64,000 nucleotides of DNA from Octopus sinensis. Taxonomy: Eukaryota. The notes below the pieces were generated by a model, which ran no database searches, was not told where the DNA came from, and worked only from the letters and a program-made list of their open reading frames with translations. The stretch is taken from assembly GCF_006345805.1 (NCBI RefSeq), contig NC_043007.1, positions 7,626,001 to 7,690,000 on the forward strand, read 5' to 3'. The translations under genes and the position numbers were made by a program. This document shows, piece after piece, positions 40,163 through 53,272 of the stretch. Positions within the stretch are counted from its first letter, which is position 1; every line of letters begins with the position of its first letter.

Positions 40163-43100
40163 CATATATATATGTATGTGTGTGTATATGTTTGTGTGTC
40201 TGTGTTTGTTCCCCCAACATCGCTTGACAACCAATGGTGGTGTGTTTACGTCCCCATAACTTATAACTTAGCGGTTCGGCAAAAGAGACCGATAGAATAA
40301 GTACTGGACTTACAAAGAATAAGTCCTGGGGTCGATTTGCTCGACTAAAGGCGGTGCTCCAGCATGGCCGCAGTCAAATGACTGAAAACAAGTAAAAGAG
40401 AGTATATATATATATATATATATAAATCAAAAAAATGTAACAAGAATGCAACAGACAACAATAAAACATCCGGACAGGTAGACAATGCGAAGTCCGACAG
40501 GAAAAACAATAAAAAGACAGTCGAGTATAAACAAGGATGGGTCATTCACAAGTTCCTCTCATTGGTCAAGTTACCAAATTATCCTTACAGTTTCAGGCGG
40601 TTACACTTGAGACTGTTCAAATCTGGCTGCCCCAGAATATTTAATTAATGTAAGGTGAATTTGCAGTGATTAATTAATTAATTATTGGATGTCTTGCAGC
40701 TGTTTCTGAAATGCCGCAAGTGATAGGTTTGCATCTCCATACACTGGAAGCTTACTACAGATCCTCTTAGCTCCAGCCTCATCTCTGAACTTGGAACCTA
40801 ACAGATGACCAATTATGGCACTTACGCAACGTACCTATTCTTTTAGATCACCCGTGAAATAAACCCCTCATGTATATATATATGTATATATATTATATTG
40901 ATAAAAACGGTGAGACAAAAAAAAAGAAAGAGACCTTGATATTATGTAAATAGAGGAATTTATCTGTAAATGTAATATGTGACAATTATTTGGTAACCAT
41001 GATAAAACTCTGAGTTTTATCATGGCAACCAAATAATTGTCTCACATATTACATTTACAGATATATACGAGGGACATTCAATAAGTAATGCACCTGACCC
41101 ACTTGCAGTTGTTTGATCTAGCTGAAATTTTGCATGTGCAATTATTTATATCTCTATAGATTAAGTGGCAAATTACAGCTCTGAACTAATTGTGATTTCT
41201 GATTTACAGGTGTTTGAACTGAGTCAAGTGTGAAATGGAGCCTGTTGAGTGTCGAGCAGTGATCCGATTTTTGTATTTGAAAGGACACACACCACGGAAG
41301 ACTTTTGATGAAATGAAAGTAACTATGGTGATGATGCCCCATCATATGACCTTGTAAAATGCTGGCATTGGGAATTCAAACATGGTTGGAACTCTGTGGA
41401 AACAGCTCCCAGATCTGGTCACCCCCCTTCTGCCATTGATGAGGCATCTGTCCGTCAAGTTGAGGCTGCCATTTTGGAAGATCGACGCATAACTATTTGC
41501 CAAATTGCTCATGAGGTCAAGATTAGTACCGGGTCTGTGGAAACTATCCTTCATGACCATTTGCATATGCAAAAGGTGTCTGCCAGATGGATTTCCAGGT
41601 TGCTCACACCTTTCCAGAAGCAAGAACGCGTCGAGTGCTCGAGGATGAATTTGGAGATGTGCCAAGAAGATGAGTCAAAATTTTTCAAAAGACTGATTAC
41701 ACAGGATGAAACCTGGGTCCATCACTATGATCCAGAGACCAAAGCCCAGTCAATGCAGTGGAAGCACCGTGACTCACCTCCTCCAAAGAAGGCAAGGGTG
41801 CAGCCCTCCGCTGGCAAGGTCATGCTCACAGTCTTCTGAGACCAGGACGGAGTAGTGATGACAGATTTCCTGGCAAAGGGTACCACAATTACAGGAGCCT
41901 ATTATGCTTCACTTTTGAGGAAATTAAGAGAAGCTATCAAAATCAAGAGGCAGAGCAAGATCAGCAAATGCATCCTCCTCCTGCAGGACAACGCTCTGGT
42001 CCACAACTCGCATGTCGCCAGATCAGAAGCACAGGCATGTGGCTATGAACTCCTCCCCCATCCCCCCTACTTTCCTGACCTTGCACCCTCTGATTTTCAC
42101 CTCTTCCCAGCCATGAAGTTGTTTTTGAAAGGAAAGTGTTTCCCAGATGATGCAGCCTTGATTTCTGAAGTCACGTCGTGGCTGGAGGACCAAGCTGGGG
42201 TCTTCTACAAAAACGGTCTCCAGAGCTGCATCAAACGATGGGAGAAATGCGTAACTCTGGGTGATTCCTATGTAGAAAAAGACTAATAACTGTGCCAAGT
42301 TTCGTTGCTCTACTGCTATGGGTAGTGGGTCAGGGGCATTACTTATTGAACGCCCCTCGTATATATATAGATGTCTTTGTTCTTCCTAACCATTGCTTGA
42401 CAACTGGCGTTGGTTTGTGTGCAGATCCACAAGTGTTGGGGAGGCTCAGTGCACTTTCTGTCTACCAAATTCATTCACAAAAAATTCTGCATTTTCAGTT
42501 CTGCTGTCACTGCACAACTGAAAGCTCGTCTATTTTCATTGGTTCCATTGCAGAGTTTTTCTTTTGTGGTTTATTATTATTGGATCCATTCATGGTGATA
42601 TTCCTGTAGTCTTGCAGAAGTGCTATTCTCTATATGATGTGTGTATATTCCAGGGTTTTGATTATGAATTTGTCTGCAGTTTTAAGAATACCGAAAACAT
42701 CTTGATCAGTATATATTAATATTCAACAGAGCATCCAACAGAATTCCCTGTAACGTTTAGTTACAGGGAATTCTGTGTTCTGAGTTCAGCTTCTACCGGG
42801 GATCAGCTTTGCCTTTCATACAAATGAGGTTCATTAAACAAGGGATCCATTAGAAAATATTTAGCTTTGATAATTTTTAATACTTATTCCCAACACCCAT
42901 CCACCAACCTTCAGTGCCTCAGGCATTTCAAAATATGACCATTGTATACGTTTATGTTCATGCTAGGTACCAGACTTCCCAGAGTTGGATAAAAAAATCC
43001 GAAGTTGTATTGAAGAACTTGATGGGGAAGTGTTCCCCAAATTAAACTGGAGCTCTCCTAAGGTAAGTACTTTAAAACTCTCTTCTTCTTATTATTGTAT

Positions 43101-46100
43101 ATATGTGTGTATATAAATATGTCCATTTTGTCATGCATCTATGACTCAGATGGCATTTATTGAGGCCAATTGGCAGGTTATCTCCAGCCAGATGCCTTTC
43201 CTGCTGCCAACCCTTACCTGTTGCCCCATGGTCAGACATGTTTTTGCAGAAGACTGGAAATCAATAACGGTCATATATAACAATCACACAATGTCAAAAC
43301 ACTTAGACATGAACACACTTGCACATGCATATATATACATATATATATCTATAGAGGTGCTTACCACACGGCCACTCTGTGCCTATGTTGATAGATAAAT
43401 AGAAAGAAAGATATTAATAATATACAGTCTTAACATGCCATTAGCATTTAATGTATGTTGAAGATGATGTATATTAAATTACACATTCTCAACACAGCCT
43501 CTGTGTATTTAATGTATATTTACAGGGGTATATTCATTAGATTGTCATACCAATATTTAAGGTGATGCCCATTTCATACATCAGATTACAAATGTATACA
43601 GTGACACTTGGAATACCTTTGACCATTGGTGTGTTCAATTAAGGTTGAGCTGAGACTAAGGTTTGATCTCTTGCTGCTATTTCAAGCATTTGTCTGCCAT
43701 GTTTAGACTAGGAAGCAGCCACTTCTTCAGATAATAGAAAGTTTTAGATTGTTTTTCTGTTTTTAGATTTGCTCAGCCCACATGAATATTATATCTGACA
43801 TATAAAAAATATGGCCCTGTTTTCATCACTAGCCATGCATATGTAAGTAAAATGTAAACAAACCTTTGCACAAAAGACTATCTAAAGGCCATTACAGCTC
43901 AATAACCGATAAATATATTGATCATCATCATCATCATCATCATATGACCACATCAGTTGGATGGGTTGTTCTAGATGAGTTAGAGGACCACCTCTTGCTT
44001 ATAAAGTTCAAGTTCTGGCTTCCTTCCTACAGCCGGATACCCTTTCAAACACCACTCACTCTATAGAATGTACTGGGTGCATTCTTCCTAGCAGCAGTGC
44101 TAAAGAGGCAGTTATGTTCTTCCAGAAGACTATATTAAGCATCTCAAGTCCACACGCAACACCACTATTTGAGATGCTCACTACGTATGAAAAATGTGTG
44201 GAAAAGGTCCAAGGCCACAGATGACCTCTCAATGATTCACCTATTACCCACCCCTGTGTTACACCATCAACGAGTACCTTCTCCATATTAGCAGACTTCA
44301 ACCAGTAATCCCTCCTGTCTGCTTTTTCAGTTACATAATCAAGAAAACTCACCTGGTTTTAAATTAGCACCTGGTCTGGCAGAGTTTGGCATTTGAAATA
44401 CTTTCAACATAAATTTATTGAAAGCTGTGTTTATCCCAAATCACTCTGAAAATTACTGGCTCTGCTAACCATACACCTTCACACGATTTTACAGCCAGCA
44501 ACTGTCTATGGATGGCATCAGCCCTAAGATTCCTGATGGTCTGAGATGAGCATTGCTTTAAATTGATATATGTGTATTAATTATGTATCTTAATATGTAA
44601 TTTTTTAATTAATGATGTTTATTCCTCATGAAATAACTGTCAGAGTTAAATGAATTATGGCTCGTCTCTCAACTTTGTGGGTTTCTACTTTTTATATGTA
44701 TAAATACATACATTGGTCATTCAATATGTGACCATGTATCATTGGTGATTTTTTTTATTCCCTCCGTCTTCCCTTCCTCGGATCTTTCCTTTGCCTATGT
44801 TTCTGACGAAGAGCTCCACTCGGAACGTTAAATCCTCCTTCTTTCTTTTTTTCCTTTCCTGTGTGTCCAATAACACTATACTTGTTCCACGTCCTCGTGT
44901 TGTTGTGTTTTCTCTTTGTGTTTTCATGTTTGGATTAACTATATATATGTATATATGTATATATTTATGGATTTTTTTTTTTTTTTGCTGTTTGAATAGG
45001 ATGCATTTTGGATTTCGTTCAGTAAAACTCTTCGCTGTACCTGTCCGGCTGATATTTATTTACTGTTGAAAAGTTCAGACTTTGTCACCCATGACTTAAC
45101 CAGTCCGTAAGTAATGTGTGGAACTTCCCATTTATGAATCTATTTTTTTCTCTTTCATAATAAACAATCACAATTGGTAAAGATTTCCTATGCAAAGGCC
45201 AACAGTGTCCCACTCTTCTGGTTACTTAACATTGATTCATGCTATGGTGTTTGCCAGGGAATTTTTCTAGGAGACTGCAGTGGCAGTTTATGTTGTGGCA
45301 TTCCTATCAGGGATGTTTTTTTCTTTTATTTTTGCTGGTCGTAGGCTGGTGTTGGAGAGAGAGAGAAACAGGTATAAGTAAAAGGTGAAAAAAGAGACAG
45401 GGAAAGAGAGAGTGAAAGAGTGAGAGAGAAAAGGAAGGAAAATGATTGCAGTAGTTGACTGATAGTTTATTGACCCTAAAAAAGAATGAAAAGTAAAGTT
45501 GACCCTGGTGGTAAAGTCTGAACAAGTCAGAAGAAATACCACAAAGCATTTTTCACATAACACCATCTTGTTACTGTGTCTAATTTTGTGAGGGAAAGAG
45601 AGAAATGGTGTGGTGTTAGGGTAGAAGAAAGTGTCATCGCTTTGTGAAAATATGAAAGAAAATTTTAGTTCAAAAGGAATGTAAAAGAAGACGTGACAAG
45701 GTATGGATATCAGGTGTGTGATTGGTGGCAGCGACAGGTTGCAGTGTCTTTGATAACTGATACACACCTGAGATACTTTGGGACTTCGTTATTCAGACTA
45801 AGTGGGACAAACTGGCAGAACTATCAGAATGTCAGGTGAAATGCTTAAGAGCAGTTCTTCCAGCTTTCCATCCAGATACCACTGGAAGACTGAAATTGCA
45901 GGAATATGATTGTTACGGCCAAACAACAGGAAGATAATCCCAATTGTCATAAGAACTTTGGGTTTGGTTCTTCTGGAACTGAAAAGACATCTTGGAACAA
46001 ACTTTTGAAAGATGAGTAACTGATTCAGTGACTGCTTTGTTGGAAACTGTTGATGTTCTTAGAAAATTGATGCCTGTTGAGAACGGCAACACTATTGAAT

Positions 46101-49100
46101 GTCCATCAGTCATATGTACAGTGCATACCATTTATTATAATAATTATAATGCTTTCTAATTTTCTGCAATTTTGAGAGAAGGAGATTAGACAAGTCCATC
46201 AAACCCAGTACTTGACTGGTACTTTATTTGGTCAGCCCCAAAATGAAGAAGAGCAAAGTTGACCTCTAGAGAATGTGAACTGTAAATGTAAAATGTCAAA
46301 ACAAATGCTTCCATCTATTTTGTTCAATATGCTAATGTTTCTGCTTGCTCGTCAACCTTTTTGTGACCAACCCAGCTGACCGAAAATTTCTTTGGTTCAA
46401 ACAACCAGCCTGGCCAGTGCAGGGGCCAAGCGATTCCATTGATATTTAAATGTGAACTTCAGTACAAATCTTATTAGTGCATTCATGAAAACACGTTGCT
46501 TCACTTTGTAAATAGTCGAATTACAGTATCTGACATTGTCTGGTGTTATATCTGAGCTGTGCAAATTTTGGGAGATTTTTTTTCCACATTTTTTCTTAAG
46601 CGATTGTTTTTCAGCTTTGAAAATGAATAACAGTTTCATGCCATCAAGCAGGGATTCTGAATTTGAGGGCTTTTCAACAGAAGATCTAGAGAAATCAAGC
46701 AAATGGAGGCTTGTTTGAAGCGATCACTGTTACAAACTGTTACACAGAAAGTAAACAAACTTAGTAAAAAGATAGCTTGTGGTCTACCTGTAATTAGAGT
46801 CAGTTTAAGACAAAAGTTATGCAATAGAATTAAGAACCTTTTCTTCAATTGTTTTCCAAAAATTTGATAAATAAAAAAGTTGTTTAATGAATCCAGTCTA
46901 AATTTGTGATTATTTTAGATTTTAATTGAAACTCATAAGGGGTGTGTTTTACTTAGAAATACATTAACGAAAGGGTCAAGGCCTGACATATTCAACTGGT
47001 ACTCATTTTATTGACCCCGAAAAGATGAAAGGTAAAGTCAACTTCAGCTGGATTTGAACTTGAAGCCTTTTGTTGAGGGAGTCTGCTGCTGCCTTTGCCT
47101 TCATAATTAGAATAATAATAGTTCCAAATTTTGGCACATGGCCAGCAATTTTGAGGGGAGGGGTATTAGTTGACCCTGGTATTTATTTTATTGACCCCAG
47201 AGGAATGAAAGGTTGACAGGATTTGAACTCAGAATGTTAAGAGCCAAAAGAAATACCTATTTCTTTACTACCCACAAGGGGCTAAACACAGAGAGGACAA
47301 ACAAGGACAGACAAATGGATTAAGTCGATTATATCGACCCCCAGTGCACTGGTGCTTATTTAATCGACCCCGAAAGGATGAAAGGCAAAGTCGACCTTGG
47401 CGGAATTTGAACTCAGAACGTAGCGGCTGACGAAATACCGCGAAGCATTTCGCCCGGCATACTAACGTTTCTGCCAGTTTGCTGCCAAAAGAAATACCAC
47501 AATGCATTTTTCCTGATGCTTTATCAATTCTACCAACTCCCTGCCTTTAATGTTTCCAATTAGGCACAAGGCCAGCGGTTTTAAGAAGAGGGGGTTAGGT
47601 GATGCCATTGACCCCACCAAACCATTTCGTCCACCATTCTGACCATTCAGCCAATCCACTGCCCTAATATTGATAGATTTGTAACTTTCACATTTCTTAT
47701 TATTTCTTTTCCAGCTTTGAATACTGTGAGGATGCCGAGTGCAACCGACCAGAGTTGGAATATAATTTAATCCTTCGAAGATGGGTGAACATTCATCCAG
47801 GTTCAGAATTCCGATGCTTCGTTAAAAACGGAGCCCTTCTGGGTAAGTCCGACACTTTGCTGTTACACTCTGCTGATCCCTAGGGATTCCTATTTAGGGG
47901 AATCTACTCTGTTGCAAAAGCATTTAAATTGGGCCTGGATTATGGAGTTGCTTCTTCATTTTCTGCCCAGCAGCCTTTGTGTCTCTGCATAAGGATCACA
48001 GCCACGGAACTTTCTCTTCTCTCTCGAAATAATAGATCTCTGTCAGTTTAGAGGATGCGTATTGAGCTGTTTGCTCAACTGAGCTACATACTTACTGGAC
48101 TAACACATGAATGGTTGAACATTCCAAAATATCGGTACCTTTAGAATCCTTGTGTTTTGTTGCCATGTTTTTGTTGAAGAACTCTTTTGTTTCAATTAAT
48201 TTGAAGAATTTAATGAAATAACTTTGTTGTTATTAAGCTGGCTCTTTGGAATGTTGTATTAACATGAAATTTTAAGGGAAAGTTTTTATTTAAAACTGGA
48301 AGTTTGCATCATAGAACCGGGGGGGGGGGGCTAGACAGGTTGGTATCAACAGAGATCAACTGCACTATCTTTGGTTTTAATTAATTTTGAAAATAATGAA
48401 GATAATGAATTTTTTCATTGTTGGTTTTAGAAAATAATTAACGTGGAATTTCTATGAATGATTTTAGTTTGATATTCCGGCAGAATCAGCCTGGCACCGT
48501 GTGTGATGGCTGGACCTTTGAAATACAATTTATCTGGCAAGCTTCTCTCCAGTTTCCATCTACCTTGTTCTCATTCCTATTGCATGGATCAACTCAAGGA
48601 TATAATAAATGATACTTGCCCCAAGATGTGTCAGATGGCGCGATCAAACTTGGGACATTATGATTGCAAAGCAAACTTCTTAACCAACTCAGCCATACGG
48701 CATTCACAGCGTATTTAGAACTGTATCAGTCATAACACACCTTTTTCTAAGAAAGTAATGTGTGATTTGAAGGAGATTTGGTTGCTTTTTCTAGCGTTAT
48801 TGAGAGGCTTGACTTGATTTAGTTCTGTTTGTGACCCTGTGTTATTGCTAATTGTTCTTCTAGCTATATGTCAGCGCCACGACTCTGAGTACTACGGCTT
48901 CATTGAGCAGAATCTAGAAAGCATCAAAACAGACATTACAACTTTCTTCAAGCAGAGAATTGCATCACAGTTCGTCCTTAAAGAATGTAAGTATTCATTC
49001 CATTGATACATCTTTGCCATCATCATCATCATCTTCATCATTTTGGTTTTAATGTCTACTTGTCCATGCATGCTGAGGTAGGCTCTCTTCGGCCGGATGC

Positions 49101-52100
49101 CCTCTCCATCACCAACACTTCACCTGTTACCAAGCAAGGGTCAATAAAATACCAGTTGTGCACTAGGGTCAATGTAATCCACTGGCCCCCCACTTCCCTC
49201 AAGACTACAGCCCTTCTGTCTATAGAGGAAGAATTGATAAACTGGCAGAACCATTAGCATGTTGAGCAAAATGCTATGAGGCATTCTTTCTGACTCCCAT
49301 CCTTCAATGGTTGACTTTGCTTTCCATCCTTTCAGGGATCAATAAAGTAAGGACCAGTTTGAATATTGGGAGCAACATAATCTACCTGCTCCATCCTGGC
49401 AATCAGCTGGATTTTGTCTGACATGCTGGGCATGGTGGCATGTTGGGGCCACCTTTACCTTTCATCTTTTCAGGGTCAATAAAATAAGGGCTAGTTGAGT
49501 GCTTGGGTTGATGTAATCACCTATAATCCTCCCCACAAAATTTCAGGCTTTGTGCCTCCAGTAGAAAGGATTGTTGTTTTTATTGCTGTTATTATTATTA
49601 CTATTGTTATTGTTGTTATTATTATTATTATTGTTATTGTTGTTGTTATTATTAAGGCAGTGATAGAATCATTAGCAAGTTGGACAAAATGCTTAACAGC
49701 AATTCACACATCTTTCTGTTCTGAGTTCAAATTCCACTGAGGCTGGCTTTAACTTTTATTCTTTGTGGGGGTCGATAAAATAAAGTACCAGTCAAGCACT
49801 GAGGTTGATGTAATGAACTTATCCCCTCCCCTGAAATTGCTGGCCTTGTACCAAAATTTGAAACAATTATTCATCATCATGGTTTAACATCTGTTTTCCA
49901 TGCTGGCATGGGTTGGACGGTTTGACTGGGGACTGGCATGCTGGAAGGCCATGCCGGATGCCCTTCCTAACGCCAACTACTCCGAGAGTGTAGTGGGAGC
50001 TTTTTGCATTCCACTGGCACGGGAGCCAGTTAGGTGACGCTGACATCGACCATGTTCAGGTGGTGCATTTTACTTGCCACTGGCACAGGTGCCAATCAGA
50101 TGGCACAGGCCACAGCTACAATTTTGCTTTTACTTGACTCAACAGGTCTTCTCAAGCATATCATATCACCCGACGCATCAAGAGTCCTCTTAAATGGGCC
50201 AGACATGCATCACTGGTATCAGCTATGGTTGCAATCTCACTTAATTATTATTATTTATTATTTAACGCGTCGCCTTACTAGTGTTTGTGCTGGTGCCACG
50301 TGAGAAAAAAAACATTCGAGCAAGGTCATTGCCAATGCTGCTGGACTGGCTCCTGTGCAGGTGGCATGTAAAAAGCACCATTTGAGTGTGGCCGATGCCA
50401 GTACCACCAAAATGGCCCTCGTGCCGGTGGCACGTAAAAGCACCCACTACACTCTCGGAGTGGTTGGCGTTATGAAGGGCATCCAGCTGTAGAGACCCTG
50501 CCAGATCAGACTGGAGTCTGGTGCAGCCATCTGGTTCTCCAGACCTCAGTCAAATCGTCCAACCCATGCTAGCATGGAAAGCAGATGTTAAACGACGATG
50601 TTGATGATGATGATGATGATGATGGCACAGTGGATTGGTAGAATTGATTGATCTCTCTGCCTTTTGAGTGAAAATTCTGCTGAGGTCAACTTTGCCTTTC
50701 ATCCCTCCAGAGTTGAAAAAGCTAAAGTACCAGTAAAATACTGGGGCTGATATAACTGGCTTTACCTCCCTCTCTCCCCTCCCACCACCAAAATACTGCT
50801 CCCTTTAAGCCTCTCTTAGAAACAATCAAACTTAGAAGCTTGTTGTTTTGCAGTGACACCCAAAGCAGTTTTTCTTTGTTTTTTTATTATTATTTTCTCT
50901 TTTTCTTCTTCTTCACAGATGTCTTTGATGTCTACAGAAAAAGACAGGTAAGTGTTCCATTGGAAGGTGGGATGGGAAGGTAAGGTTAATTACTGTCAAG
51001 ATGATGGTTGCTGTTGTGTAGGGACAGGTTTATACTAATCGAGCCAATCCATGATCAAAGACATTCTAACCATGGCCATCCAGTCTGCTTCTTTTGTGTA
51101 TAGAGCACAGGACAACTTCATCCAACATGTCACTTTTCTAAAGCAATGCTCAGCTATGAATTGAAGATTTGGTTGCTATTTCTAGCTGATTGGACAGCCA
51201 CGTAGATATCTCCTTGTGGTTGATTGTGGATGATGATGGCTGCTGTGGTGGTGGTGGTGGAGGTGGTGGGGAAGAGAGAATCATTGCATATGGGAATATG
51301 GTCGATTGTTATCTGAGGTGGGGAGAAGAAGAAACAATTGCTATCCGTTAACATGTTGGTCTACAGTTGTGGAGGAAGGGAAGAGAATTGCTACATGTGT
51401 ATGTTATAGTCTGTAGGTGTTGGTTTGGTAGGAAAGAAAAAGGAATTGCTACATGTGTGTGTGTGTGGTTGGACAGTTGTGGTTACAGGAGAGAAGAGAC
51501 AATTCTGTGTGTGTGTGGTGTTTTGTAGGGTTTTCCCTCTCGTGCTGTTCTGCGAGAAGGAGTTGGTGTCAATGGTCTTCTCAGGCTGGTCAGTATTTAG
51601 TCGTCCAATTAAGCTTCAAATTGAGCACAACTATTATCAAAACTTGTCCTATCCATTGTTTTGGATAGGACCGGACTGGTCAGATATGTCCATTTTCACA
51701 GCCCCTTTCCCATGCTTGCATGGGGAGGGTAGAATTGGCTGAGGCAGATTTTTCTGCAGTCAGCTGCCCTTCTTGTTGCCAACCCTCACGTATTTCCAAG
51801 TAAGGTAATATTTCCCTGTTACGTGACATGTCTTGAAAAATTGGAAATGAAGGATGCTGCTTGCATGACGATGGCACTCGTTTACAAGCATCCCATGATG
51901 TGGAGCCAAGGAGTCACACACACACATATGTAAAAATGACAGGCTTCGTTCAGTTTCTGTCTGTGAAATCCACTGACAAGGTTGTGGTTGACCATGGGTA
52001 TATGCATACCTGTGTATTTAAACGCAGAGACCAAAGAGAAGTGAGAAGAATTCTTACTTCATCTTCACAACTCACGTGGCAGTGGCAGTGGCAGCAATGG

Positions 52101-53241
52101 TGGTGTTATTGATGTCGAAGTCAGCCGTCTTATATTAGTGCAGAGTATATTTTGCAGTCAAGTCCAAACAATTCTAAGTCAATGAGTAAAAGATGTTTCT
52201 TTCATTTGTAATTGAAGGCAAATGACCCAGTGACTGATCTATGGTTTAGTTACATCAGCAGAGTCCTGGAAGAAAGCCTTGACAAACCCTTTTTAGACAG
52301 TGCTCTGTGCCTGTTTGGCTATTGTTGATGGTATCATCATACATGTATGTGTGTGTTTGCACATATCTATGTGGATGGATGCAGGTGTGTGTAAATGGAT
52401 ATCAGAAACAAAAACCAAAACACAAAAGATTGTTTATAAGATAATCCCAGCATCTTATATCCATTTCATTAGCATAAGGTGATTATTAGTTTCATGATCA
52501 AGAATTAAGGTAGATTCATGAGCCATTACCACAGTGGTGAATACTATCATCTTTTCAATCCAATAATTTTGCATGTAATAGCTCCTTGACTCTAATGATT
52601 TGCCATGATCTTGATTATGTAATTTGCATTCTATTACTAATATTCACCTCATGTTCATGAAACATATGTAAGAGGGGGTAACTAAAAACTCTTATAAACA
52701 ACCTCTCCTGTTTTCTTTTCTCCATATATTCCATCTGACCCTCAGACCCAGATTTAATAACAAAGCACACATTTACAATTCTCAATGGAAATATGCGTGA
52801 AGGTCTTAATAATAGTTAATGGTGATGCAGTTTAACCCCTATGAGACCAACTTACTCGAAACTGCCCTTGAAGTTATGATACACACTTGCTGTTTTAAAA
52901 TGGTCTTCATAAAACCTGTCATCAAAATTCCATGTTACGTTCCAAACACCAACTTAATAATGAAGAAGTTATTTTGGTAAATTCTTCAGTATTTTTAAAA
53001 TTAAGCGAAACAAAAGCAATGGAGATCCTTGCTGGGTAAGGCCAGAACTATGTGAATAGAAAACAAAGAGTTTTATTTTATATTTTCTATATTTTGGAGC
53101 TATGACCCATTCTTGTATGTGGAAAAGTGGGGGATGGAAAAAGGTTGTTACGCAGATGTGTTGGTGGGGAGAGGTGACATGGTGTTGTTATAGTAACCAG
53201 TTGACTTCATGGAGTTCTTTTCTGTTATTAATGTTGATATA

Positions 53242-53272
<31 letters not shown>

